From contig CP120453.1 of the NCBI GenBank assembly GCA_034226945.1, forward strand, positions 62,001-126,000: a DNA stretch of 64,000 nt. The letters are read 5' to 3'. Source of the DNA: Picochlorum sp. SENEW3 (taxonomy: Eukaryota). The notes under the pieces are model-generated. The model had not been told where the DNA came from, made no database searches, and saw only the letters and a list, made by a program, of their open reading frames with translations. This document shows, piece by piece, positions 1 to 11,416 of this stretch (position 1 is the first letter of the stretch; every line of letters begins with the position of its first letter). The position numbers and the translations under genes were made by a program.

Positions 1-657
1 TTCTTCTCATTTGTTTCGTCAATCTCCTTGGCAAGCTCAGGATCCTTTGCAAGCTCCTCATCTATAGTCGCCGTCTTCAATTGCTTCTTCTGTTTATCAA
101 TCTGCTCCAATTCAATCATAATAGCCTCCACACGCTTCTTCGACTCGGCTGAAATCTTCTCTGCCTGGTCCACAATGGCCTTGAACCTTTCCGCCACATT
201 CTTGATTTCCTTATCCTCATACTCTGGAATCTTCATAGACTTGTACGCCTTTTCAAATTTATCAACAATCGAAGCATCCAGCTGGCTCTTGTACGTCGCC
301 CAATCCGGCTCGGCCATGGTCTGACTCACGCTCCCAACAGCTCGTTCCAGCTCCATCATGGTATTCTTCAACGATGCCAGCTCCCTTTTACCATTATCAC
401 TCTGTACAATATTGGATATCGCATCCCAATCCACGGATCCAGTCGCGACAGCCTTTTCAGCAAACCATCTTTGCTGGACGCGAGCAACGCCACTCTGCAT
501 CAATCATCAACGCCATATGCATTAAAAATATGTTTCATAATCACATTAGGGATAACAGCAGGGTCTTTGTGTCTCCATACGAATGCCAACCCCAAGGAGA
601 AGGGTTTCTGACCCATTGTCCACGTACCACGTTCTGAATCAGCCTTGAGCGAATCAT
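1..657 (-). CDS. ATP5PD: Mitochondrial ATP synthase subunit d (runs off the window at its 3' end)
   Basis: Not in the ORF track. Exon 657-628 (MIRSRLIQNV), intron 627-495 (GTACGT..TGCAG), exon 494-<1 reading ...VDWDAIS...KRELASLK...PDWATYKSQLDASIVDKFEKAYKSMKIP...TIDEELAKDPELAKEID, which resembles the ATP synthase d family. Confidence 0.85.
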
Positions 658-804
658 ACTGTTTGATTGGAAATTATATTACATAAAAATGAAGAAAGCA
701 CGCCGCATGGCCTTGTATTCGTACTCATGGCTCCCATCTGGATCATCGCCTCTCCCTTCTTGTATTCAGAAGATCTGCTATATATATCTGTAGCAGCGAT
801 GCCA

Positions 805-1161
805 TCATCCGCCACTCAGAGGAGTGATGAAAGCAACTTCATCGCCAGGATGGAGTTCATGCACCTCTCCTGGCTTGGCATACTCTTGATTGATTGAGAA
901 GATGTACGAGTCCCTGAGCGCCTGCATCTTGGGATACTACACAGACACAGAAAAAAGACCATGAGATGGGTATCATCATCAAATGGCAGAAGCAAAGAAG
1001 CATACCTTTGACTCGATATAGTCTCTGAGCTGCTCTGTTGTTGATGCTTTTGATTCTTCCTGCCCTCCTGCCACAATGTCAGACAGGTCCACAGTCAGGT
1101 CACTCTGGCCCACACACTCCCTCACCTGAGCAAAGAACAGAATGCGAACGGATGATCCCAT
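805..1161 (-). CDS. MOCS2A: Molybdopterin synthase sulfur-carrier subunit (MoaD/CNX7)
   Basis: Exon 1161-1006 (VRILFFAQVRECVG), intron 1005-937, exon 936-805 ending SINQEY...LHPGDEVAFITPLSGG*, with the diagnostic C-terminal GG. Confidence 0.92.
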
Positions 1162-1651
1162 ACCACTGCTTGTATCCTAGTTCTTCTCGGGCAATCGTGT
1201 TTCTTTTCTAAAAAATCTCTGGGTCTAATGGCCTCTGTGTGCAGTATTCTACTCCTTGTTCCACTGATTCTACTCTCTGCTACTATCGCGGATGGTCAAT
1301 GTGATACTCATAGGCTGTCTTCTCTATCAAAAGACTATTGGGCTGTCGTTGAAAGCTATTCCGACGTGACCGTTGCCTTTCGAATTCCTGCAAGTTGTAG
1401 TACGAGGGCTTGCTCTCTCTCCACAGCGAGTCGAATCAGTGCCACCAATCCTCTTGCTTACTTAGCATATAAATATTAAAAAATGCCATTCAGCGAGGAT
1501 CACAACCGATACATCCCAGTCCGCGCCCTGGATTCGAAACCTTTCAAAGTTTGATCTTGGGCTCGAGCGCATGAGAACGCTCGATACTCCAGACTTGAGA
1601 CTGCATTCTTGATTAAAGAGCATATTTTATTTACAATATTTAAATTTGGTG

Positions 1652-2860
1652 ATGATGAACGAGACTGAGGGCTCAAAAGAGGTTCCTGTGTCACGGGGCC
1701 CCAGGAAACGAAAACTTTCGGGGAGTGCTAAAGTACGGAAAGTGTGTCTGAGGGAAGAGGAAAAGATCAATAGAGCAATTCAGGAGAGTTTATTTGCCAT
1801 ATCTGATTGTCAGAAGAAAGAATGTGGGCATGAACGGCATGGAAAGGTCAAGTTGCCAGAATTTGTTGGGTTCCTTATTCAGCCGAATGGAGAGGTTGTC
1901 AGCATGATGACGGGGATGTGGAAGCAAGGTATGTAGGATAGAGATGGTGTGGTCGTGTGTGAGGTACTCATGGAAGAAACGTGATGGTCTGTGTAGGTGA
2001 AAGAAATGATCAGGTGGAAGACTTTGAGTTTGATCTGATGGCTCTGTGGAAAATGTACATCAACTCGCATCAGCCGGATGATGAGAGGAACTTGGAAGAT
2101 TATGAGGTGGTTCTGAGTGATGAGGGTACGCTGGGGCAGCTGATCAAGGCGTTGAAGAAGGAGAAGGTGGATGCAGTGACGAGCCTGTACATGTGTCAAG
2201 GTAATTTTTTTGGGGGGAACATGACTCTTCTGATGTGATTTGCCTAACGATGATGTCGAATTTTAAAACCCTGTAGGAATGAGTGATGCTGAAGCTGACG
2301 AGCGTAGCCGTAGGGAGTTGAGCGGGCACCATGACTATCAATCTTGCCAGGGTGATGGGTGCCCTACATGTAACAACGCCAGGGAATATTTGGGCTGGCC
2401 GAGCACTGTTCCTTACATATATCCCTCCAGGCTACGTATAAAAGATAGAAAGGCTGTTATACAGCACTACAAGATTGCAGATCCGGAGACTTGGGAATGG
2501 ATTCAAGGGAGATCGACAGTCCCTGTGGAGGATCCTGTCGCTCTGGGTTCCATAGCATGCGATATCACCAAACCTGCAAACGTAAGAAATATGATGGAAA
2601 TGTTCCTCAAGGGGCCAGAGCATGAGGTCGATGCGCAAGCAGCGGGGCCGCAGAGCCAGCCAAGTCCAGCAGACCAAGAGGGCTCCACTGTAGCAGATGA
2701 GCCTGCTGGTTCGAGTGCTCCGCAGCAGATACTGTCCGCATCTGAGATTATTGATGGAACTGGAGGAACTCTTTATACCATACCAGCAGAGAAGCCGAGA
2801 AAAAGGGGCAGGCCCAAAAAGGTCCGAAGAGGGAGGCCCCCCAAAGTTCGGGTAGCATGA
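1652..2860 (+). CDS. Uncharacterised 354-aa protein with two C-terminal AT-hooks and Cys/His clusters
   Basis: Three ORFs join in frame through introns 1929-1996 and 2201-2276 (exons 1652-1928, 1997-2200, 2277-2860). Contains NLS-like PRKRK, CQKKECGHERH, CQGDGCPTC and C-terminal KRGRPKK and RRGRPPK. Confidence 0.7.
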
Positions 2861-3361
2861 TCGGATATGTACTTTCGTCTTGCACATGTGTATACATCTA
2901 GAGAAAATTGACGCCATTAAGTGTCTTTCGAGAGCTTACAACAATACTATTTGCGCTGCGTTTCGATTCAAATGTATACTTGATATCAGCTGACAGACCT
3001 CACCAGAGTGGGAGACGGCTCATCACCCACACTGTGTGGGTCGCAAACTCGTGATTGCGGAATTGTTACCAGTGTTGTGTAAAAATAAATTCATACTGTG
3101 TCAGAATGTATTCGATGAATATTATCTACAGTTTTCGTGATGCGACTCTGTATTTTGCGTACGACGGCGACAGAACTGTATTTGCAAGCAGGCCCCCCGT
3201 CGGGGTCTGCCCTGTAGACCTGGAAAATAACGTGTACTGGACCGGCAGATACTACGGCTCATCCCGAGGCGGACGTGGATATTCCAATATCGGTTGGGAA
3301 TAAAGCTATATACTAAATTTTAGCCGGAACATGGGAATATTGTAATACGAATGCGGCTACA

Positions 3362-4855
3362 ATGTCACGAAAAAGAAGTAAGAATAACAGTCCAAATATT
3401 TCGGACAGTAACGCCTTGGATTCCGGTCCTTCGAGAATCAGGAGCGAAGAGGAGCCGAATCGCACAATAAATGACGGTGAGGATAATTTTGTGGAGGACG
3501 AGGTTGATGCGCAGCTACTTCCATCGCCGTTTGAACATGACAGTGTGCAATCTCAGTCGAGGGTTGATGCTGAGGGCTCCGCGACCCCCGACCTCGGAGC
3601 AGCGGATACACCAAATCCTGAGCGCATACAAGAATTCCGCGAGCAATTGTATCAGACAACGGGTTTTCGAGTGGATGATCTGAGTGATCATAACCTGGTG
3701 ATTGGGCCACAACTCGGTGCTGGTTCATACGGAAGGGTGCACCAGGGGTACCATCTGGTGCATGGGGACGTTGCCATCAAGATTGTTGATGGACATGATC
3801 CATCAACTCTATTGAGTGGATTGAGGGAGATTTGTGCTTTTATGGCCATGGGACAACATCCGAACATTGCTACAGTATTTGAAACTCGCATATATCAGCA
3901 ACTAAAGTGCGCCTGTCTCCCCTGGGCTACTGATATGCCCGCAGGCCCCTCTTCGATCAGGGAAGATGGAATTTTCAGACAAACTCGGCAGAATTGGGCA
4001 GGAACTGTGGGGCTTGAAAATTCCAGGGACGCCAGGATGCGCGTTGCAGTGTTCTCCAGGGATCCAGAATCCATGCTGGAGTTGCAAGTTTCCTTACGTT
4101 CTCTTGAGCAAAATAGCGCTGCTATTCGAGAAATATATTTTGTTATCATCGGAGAATATTGCAACGGAGGAACACTGTACGAGGCATTGAGGAGAGGAGC
4201 GTTGCGACACGAAAATCTTGAGACACGATATGCATTTCTGAAAGCTATTGCCCTCAGTATTGCATGTGCTATGCAGCACTTGCATCAAAACAACATAACC
4301 CATCGAGACCTATCAAACACAAATGTCATGCTTCACTACACGAAAATGCACGAGGATGGCACACCTGACAAAGAGTCTTTGACGGCAAAGCTGATTGACT
4401 TTGGGCGAGCATCAGTGAATGCCGTTTCCGCTATGAGGACGAACAGTTTAAGTACAGTATCGTACTCTGCCCCTGAGTTCATGATAAAAGGAGAATCGAG
4501 CAAAGCCTCAGATATATTTTCTTTGGGCGTGCTGATTTGGGAGGTTTGGACAGGGTGTCTTGCATGGGAGGGCGCCAATGATGTGCAGGTTGTGTTTGCC
4601 GTGACGAGTGGCAGAATGTTGGAAATTCCCGCTGATGTCCCTCGTGACCTTGGGAGATTGATGGAATCATGCCTTTCAGTCAAATCAAACAACCGCCCAG
4701 GGATTGATGAAGTTGTCAAAGAGCTCAAGAGCATTCCATGTCTGGAAGAGGAGGGGATCAACACTGACGAAGAGAGCGAGCAGCAAACTACATCATCTGG
4801 ACAAGAGTGCGACTACGGGGAAAGCTCCGATGAGCATGAAGATTCACGTATATAA
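3362..4855 (+). CDS. Ser/Thr protein kinase (TKL/MAP3K-like), intronless
   Basis: GAGSYG, VAIK, HPNI, EYCNGG, HRDLS, DFG, APE and SDIFSLG all present. Long insert between subdomains IV and V. Confidence 0.93.
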   Translation: MSRKRSKNNSPNISDSNALDSGPSRIRSEEEPNRTINDGEDNFVEDEVDAQLLPSPFEHDSVQSQSRVDAEGSATPDLGAADTPNPERIQEFREQLYQTTGFRVDDLSDHNLVIGPQLGAGSYGRVHQGYHLVHGDVAIKIVDGHDPSTLLSGLREICAFMAMGQHPNIATVFETRIYQQLKCACLPWATDMPAGPSSIREDGIFRQTRQNWAGTVGLENSRDARMRVAVFSRDPESMLELQVSLRSLEQNSAAIREIYFVIIGEYCNGGTLYEALRRGALRHENLETRYAFLKAIALSIACAMQHLHQNNITHRDLSNTNVMLHYTKMHEDGTPDKESLTAKLIDFGRASVNAVSAMRTNSLSTVSYSAPEFMIKGESSKASDIFSLGVLIWEVWTGCLAWEGANDVQVVFAVTSGRMLEIPADVPRDLGRLMESCLSVKSNNRPGIDEVVKELKSIPCLEEEGINTDEESEQQTTSSGQECDYGESSDEHEDSRI

Positions 4856-5159
4856 TGGTACCTCTGTACACCAAAATATATTTCTGAGTGAGGAATGGAG
4901 TGGGGATCTTCCCAAACTCTGCTGGAGATGCCCTGTGTCTGTTTTGCACCCCATAAAGGTTCAGTGGGAAGTATCTGGGAACCTCACCGGATGTAATTAC
5001 CATGTAGAGTTGTGCATCCGATCGATTTGAATAAACTGCTTTTGCTTTGTGCTTTTATTTCCTTTTTTTGCTGTTTTCTTTTTCGTTAGACCCTGAGATG
5101 TGCTGGCCCAAGGTACACGGAAGACATTGTGGCTATTAATAATGTTCGTGCATTGATCC

Positions 5160-5193
5160 AGTTCCTACATTGATTTAGTTCCTACATTGATTT
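5160..5193. repeat. 17-bp perfect tandem duplication AGTTCCTACATTGATTT x2
   Basis: Read directly from the sequence. Confidence 0.85.
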
Positions 5194-8100
5194 GGAACTC
5201 TCAGGCTTGTATTATAAATCCCATTGGTTGAATTTGCAAATAAATTGGTTCTGAGTAGCCGTGTAATGACGCATTGAATTTTCATTTTCCTGTGACATGG
5301 TACATTGTGGTGATGTACGTATACAGCCCGCAGGGAAACTGGAAAGAGCCCCCTCTGACCTCCCTGCATGATACTCGTGTAATATTGATTACGACAGTAG
5401 CCTAGCCCTACTGTTCATCTGCGTTCTCAGCAATCTTTCAAACTGCCAGAACCTAGTGATACTACACGCCAGTGACTGATTGGCAGAAATACCGCAAACT
5501 GCCATTAGTCACTCCCATAGGGAGTACCTCCATTAAATTGAAGACGAGATATTTTTCATCTCTTCCTGGCATAGTCCATGGCTATATAATACAGACATAA
5601 AATGTCGTCACGTGACGCCGCTGACAGGCGAGGAGAGGGAACGATGGAACTCGAAGCAGGGAGCAAGGTCATCCTAGAGGCATTCAAATTGCGATGTCCG
5701 ATATTTTAATGGAAAAACTATGTGAAAATATGTAGAGTTTTACATGGGCGCTGACATGAGGCATCGTTTTTCCAGGGGCCTCAATAGTTCGAGCATCCAC
5801 TGCAGAAGAACCAGCTGGCTCTAATTGGCCAGGTCCAAGGCGCACCTGGCTTACTTTGAAGCTAACATTCAACATTGAATTTGCCTGATTTGTGGCATAG
5901 TACTCAGTATGATTTCAAATGTCATGAATCTCTCAATGGAGGATTGTTCCGCAGGCAGAAATGGAAAGGGTTGATGTGAAATACATGTGAGTACTTTGTG
6001 CGATGAATTCATTCTTCGAAGAAGAACAGATCATCAGGAAAAACTTTACGAGGATGCATTTTTTAAAGATGGAAGGGCCCATTAAATCCGATAATCCTCG
6101 GCGATATAATATATGCCATATGCAATCAGTTCCCCTGAGAGTGAAAAAAGCTAGACAATTCAAAAGCAGAATTCAACCGCTCATCTCCCCACCCTGTGAT
6201 CTCTCGGAACTTTTCTCTCTTGGTGATTGTCCCTGTCCGTGGAGCCACCGAAGTGAATAATAAACGACTGAACGTCAAGTTCCAGATGCTCAAACATGGA
6301 AGGCACAACAGTTTTGAGATGCTATTTGCCCGAGGTTGCGCTCTTCATATTCGGCACCTCGACACAGGTTGTTTGCTGCATCCGGCATAAGATGGCACGG
6401 ACTTCTACTCTGAAATACAATGAGAATGGTGTGGGGCGTGGCTGCTGGTCATTAACTATTTTGTGACGGGTCCACAAGAAGCATTAACAACGGCGAGGGG
6501 AGATAACGACGGCTGTGTTGTCAGACGAAGGATATATGATGAGAGGTTAGCCTTTCACAATTTATCTCCGATATCTCCTGACTCATCAACGAGTTTTTAT
6601 CTCTGATTCCTCTTCCGGATGCCATTCCGCTGCTGATGACAAGGAGGAATTCCATCAGATTCACATGGCAAGCAATCCTGGATTGTATCCATGAATCTTG
6701 CTTCATAGAGACGTAGATGCATCTAAAGCATGGATGGGAAACAAACCAGTTTTCCAGTTCTGATTGCTATTGCCGGAATAAATCACCAAAAAAGACTTTC
6801 ATCTCTGGTTAGGATATCAGTTCATATAAAATTCGCTCGCACAGCAACGCTCAGAGCTCCTAACCTGTATTAGACGATAGACCCCTTAAACATGCAGATA
6901 TAGTTCATCACCTGTGTTGGAAATCCACAGTGACCTTGCGTTATGATTTTTGTGACACTGAACCGTGCTTCATCCATTATATATATCTGGTATATAAAGG
7001 GTTATTTATTCATCACCATCGTACCTGTAAGGTTCTACGAAAAGAAGTAAACAAAACTCCGGGGTCAAAGCAATGAAGTCACATTACTTCCAAATTGCGA
7101 CCCCATCAAGTCTGATCGTGGATGGGACAGTCACCTAAGGTCGGATAGTTCAACTCTCTCCCAGTAATAGTCAAATATCCCTATAATAGTCAAATTGCAT
7201 CCTTTCCAAATCGAAATCTCATTCACTGCAAACTGTAAATCCACAATCCCCCCAAAAATTACTCGGACTCTCTCCACGGAGTTCCTCCGCATGGTATTTT
7301 CAAACACAAAAGCGGGGAACGGAGGAGATTGAATGAGCGTCTCGTGGGGTTTCATGCATGCCCATGCTTGAAAACACGACACAAGAGTCTACCGAGTGCT
7401 TGGATACTCAGTTAAAAAAACCCTCTGATAAAAGCGTCCAGGGTCAAATTCAGATGGTCACGAATTTTTTACAGCACTCCCGATCACACGCAGCGGCGGA
7501 TGGGACATTAGCTAAAGACAACGACAGTTCAATTCTCAAGAGAATCGTTTAATCTGCCGTTATACGTTTTATTACTATTGATGTTTTATTGCATGGACGA
7601 TCAAAATGAATGCATCGATTGATCAAAAACGCTAACCGTCTCTCAGAGAGATCGCGCTGCGTGCTCTGCCACCATCCAGAGCACAGGACTGTTTTGGTGA
7701 AGAAGATATCTGATTTGAGACAGGCACATGAAGAACCACATGTCTACCCACACTGATTAATTGCAGTATGCAACTTTTCATGTCGCCCTGCTCGACAGTT
7801 TGAACTCCTATGAGTACACTCACAATGAAGATAAAATATATGCATGGGGAAATCTCATTTAGGCATGCCTGGTCCGAGGATCTTGCCTGTGGCAGCTCCC
7901 GATGCAAGCCAGTACCCGCTTTTATTGTAAAGCATTGTTTGAAAATATCTAATCATCCAGGTCGCATCCCCGTAGAATTCGGTACATAAATCAAATGCTA
8001 TTTGCCTATTCGTTGGATGCACTGTAATATATGCTGCTGGAAAAATGAATCTCATCCTTATTGCCGGGATCAACAAAGTTTCGCTGGCCTGGTACTCCCA

Positions 8101-8541
8101 TCCCCTTTAGCTCCGCGCCTTTCATCACTGTAAATAATAACCGCGGCACTCGAAAATGATATTGGCATGTTCGTGCTACAGAGCAGATCTCATGCACGCC
8201 CATGCATGGCCATGCCCAAATAGCGATAAACAGATTTCTACACACTGTGCATTTTGAAAAGCAGGCTGTGCCGGGGTCAAATTGACTATGGTCTCAATAC
8301 CGCGCCGATATGGCGAGTTTCATCGAATCAACCCAAACACAAGAAGCATGGCCAGAGGAGACGTTTCTGTTGATGCATTTTTAAATATTAAATTTTTTTC
8401 CTTTGTTTTAGAGGCGATAACCATAAGAGCAGATCAACTAGGCCGCAGGAACTCTTTTAATTTAATCCACAGGTTTTAAAACCAGATTCGGCAAAACCAG
8501 CTGGAATTCCCGTGCATGTACTCCAAGTAAAAAACTAATTA

Positions 8542-9170
8542 CTGTACTCGACTAAATTATTAGGACGATTTAAGACTAGTCATGACACCCGATTTCATAT
8601 TAGACACTGGAGGATCTGGCCCAGAAACAGGCCTTGATGTCACTCAATTGCTCCTTTTCCGATGTTACATGATTACTACAAGTCTAATGAATACATTGAA
8701 TCCCACTCCTATCACAGGACACTGCCACAACGGCGATTTGGAGGCCATCATGAGGCTTGGGCCTCTTCACCTTCCTGCAAAGTGCACTCCACTAGTTCAT
8801 CATTGCTCTACTCAGTATCAATGGTTCCTTCTTCTTCGTCTGAATACTCTAACGTTTACTGATACTATTCTGCTGTTTATCAGCCTTTCATGTCAAATTT
8901 ATCAACAATCTGCGCAATTGCATGACCATGTGTGGTGGGAGCTCAGTGGAGGATGCCACAGATGCCAGATCTCATCCTGAGGGCGTTTGATGGATCGCGG
9001 GCCGGGTTAAATCGATGCAAGAACGTATTAGTATGCTCTGGAGCGAGTATCTAGCCTTGGGTCGGCATGTAAGCCAAGTTATGGGCGATCAAAGATTCGG
9101 GAGATTCGATATTAGGACAATTTAAGGGTGCTTGTCATGACACTTTGTCTAATAATTTAGTCGAGTACAG
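8542..9170. mobile_element. 629-bp MITE / non-autonomous TIR transposon (Tc1/mariner-like TA target)
   Basis: Perfect 22-bp TIR CTGTACTCGACTAAATTATTAG (8542-8563, inverse at 9149-9170), flanked by TAATTA on both sides. Subterminal motifs ATTAGGACRATTTAAG and GTCATGACA occur at both ends. Confidence 0.88.
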
Positions 9171-10107
9171 TAATTAAATTCGATGGTGTTGTCCTCCTTT
9201 GGCCTCAAACCGACCTACTCGATGAGCAAAATAGCGATGGAATAGAATAATAATTAATTATGTAGCACTCTTACTTTTTTTAACGAAAGACTCGGAAAAG
9301 TATTCCGGTCAGACTTCCTCTCACTTCCAGGAAACAGAGCATATTAATTGGATTTTGAACTGGGACATAATCTCCAATTGACGTGATATAAGCATCAATT
9401 CCAGTCTACCATAGATTGGATAAGCATGCCAATTGGTACAAAGAAGGTTGTTGTGTTGGGCATGCACATATTATTTTGCCAAATAGCATAGGGATGACCA
9501 GACATGCTTGGGATTGCTTGGTCTCCACAAAGTATAATCATATAATAATGTAGAAAATAGTAGAGATGATGAATTATTGAGGACAATATGAATAATGTCG
9601 ACGTTGTGGTTGAAAATTGCATCCAGGAGGCCAGCTGCTCTTACAGCAAATACTATTCTTCCCCATCCTGAGTACCGTGGTTCTTACACGTATATGATCT
9701 ACATCCTGGAGATGAAGAGTTGTCCTCATAATTCCTCCGAGTAGTATAGATATCATAGACCCAAAGTGGCAGTTGCCATGTTTCTACGCTGCTATCCACA
9801 ACCTCTCACTCCATCTCCCCGTCTTCCCTCTGCAAAAGTCCAAGTCGAAGAAAGTGGTGCTCTACACAGTATATTCTATGAGGAAAAGCAGAAATCAAGT
9901 CACGCTGAAAGATGGATCCATGCCTTGCAACACTTTAAGATGCACATGAGGTCTTTTTCCTCCAAAAGACCCATGCCAGATCACTGATTTGGCCCATTCT
10001 TGTACTCTCTTCGGATACGCGGTCATGCAAATACCTGATATTTCTATTTATCTCATTAATCAGAATCCATATAGCAAAAGGCAGATAGAGAGAGAGTAGC
10101 AGTGGCA

Positions 10108-11322
10108 ATGCGTGCTTCTTGTGCATGCCCGTCGGTCAGGGGTGTTGGAACCTTTGGCAGACAGAGATCCGCATATGAAGCATTAAATCTTCAAAATAAA
10201 TTAAATAAAAGTTATTGTCCACTCGGAGAGCGACATGTATGCGTATTCGCGAAAAGAGGTGGGGGTAAAAGGGCAAAGAATGGAGGGCGTGGAAATAGAA
10301 CACGAGACGACGAGGATGTTGAGATATTCAATATAGATTCTGGATGGAACGAGAATGCATTTGCAGTGGCAGCAGAGGTTTTATCGGAGATGCATGGATG
10401 GGATGTGAGCACTCCCAGGACTCGGTATACAGAAGAAGAAGAAGAGGAGGATCACTCGGATGATGATAACGAGCTGTATGCTGGTATGGATGAGGACGAT
10501 GTTCTTCTCACGAGTGATGATTTCTCTGACGATGATGGCGACGACGACGACCCGGTCGAATGGAATGCTGATGACAATGATGTTGTGACAACTGAAAACA
10601 TTCTGGACTCTATTCCAAGGCATGTGCTTAAGAAATTAGTCAGAGCGCAAGAAGAGGCGATGGAAGAGGAAGAAAAATTAGATTCAAATAACCAGAGGCG
10701 AGTTGCTGCCCGATACAAAGTTCACAAACGACTACGAATTATATCTGGGACAGCTGCAAGTGTGCGCCTCATGTCTCCCCAAGGTGATCAAACGAGGCCC
10801 ATGATGGAGAAGGTTCGGGGGGCTGTCTTTAGCATGATAGGATCCTTATACGGAACGATAGGTGGTCTTCCTTCGGACACGAGATGGCTCGATTTATTCG
10901 CAGGAACAGGTGCAGTTGGCATTGAGGCCATGTCTAGAGGGGTTGGCCAGGGCCATTTTGTGGAGCTTTCAGACTGGGTGGTGGAAAATTGCCTGTCTAA
11001 AAATATTCAGAATTGTCAATTAGAAGATAGAGCTATAATTCATACCATGAAGGCGGAAGAGTACTTGAAGAGGGCTGCTCGATTGCCTGGACAGGCGACA
11101 TTTGACTTTATATCCGTTTGCCCACCGTATGAAGCTGTGTCGTATCCAGAACTGTATGAACTCTTGGAAGCCAGTAATTTGATTGGAGAAGATACTATAG
11201 TCCTTGTTGAGTATCCCCAGCGAGTCAAAAAGCACATCACTGACACAATGGGGCCACTCAGCAAGGTTCGAGACCGCAAGTATGGGCGCACCCTCTTGGC
11301 ATTGTATGCCAAGGTTGACTAG
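10108..11322 (+). CDS. rsmD: RsmD-like rRNA m2G methyltransferase, probably plastid-targeted
   Basis: LRIISG...TRPMMEKVRGAVF, WLDLFAGTGAVGIEAMSRG, CPPY and KYGRT motifs. Transit-peptide-like and acidic N-terminus. Confidence 0.9.
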   Translation: MRASCACPSVRGVGTFGRQRSAYEALNLQNKLNKSYCPLGERHVCVFAKRGGGKRAKNGGRGNRTRDDEDVEIFNIDSGWNENAFAVAAEVLSEMHGWDVSTPRTRYTEEEEEEDHSDDDNELYAGMDEDDVLLTSDDFSDDDGDDDDPVEWNADDNDVVTTENILDSIPRHVLKKLVRAQEEAMEEEEKLDSNNQRRVAARYKVHKRLRIISGTAASVRLMSPQGDQTRPMMEKVRGAVFSMIGSLYGTIGGLPSDTRWLDLFAGTGAVGIEAMSRGVGQGHFVELSDWVVENCLSKNIQNCQLEDRAIIHTMKAEEYLKRAARLPGQATFDFISVCPPYEAVSYPELYELLEASNLIGEDTIVLVEYPQRVKKHITDTMGPLSKVRDRKYGRTLLALYAKVD

Positions 11323-11416
11323 GCATGGCAGGTACCTCTATAACATAAAAAAATAGAATAATAATAATAATAAAATTGAACATTGTTGCATCGCATTCGC
11401 GAGTACAGACAGACAA

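Larger units (their letters stand above)
1222..5092. mobile_element. Putative 3.9-kb non-autonomous DNA transposon carrying an AT-hook gene and a kinase gene
   Basis: Ends GGTCTAATG (1222) and CGTTAGACC (5092) are inverted at 8 of 9 nt. Both are flanked by CTG (1219-1221, 5093-5095). The reconstructed empty site ATCT-CTG-AGAT has palindromic flanks. The repeats are very short and no transposase is seen. Confidence 0.4.

Noticed and set aside
660..808. Overlapping MOCS2B ORF after MOCS2A, as in the animal bicistronic MOCS2
   Set aside because: The ATG overlapping the stop opens only about 21 codons, with no MoaE similarity.
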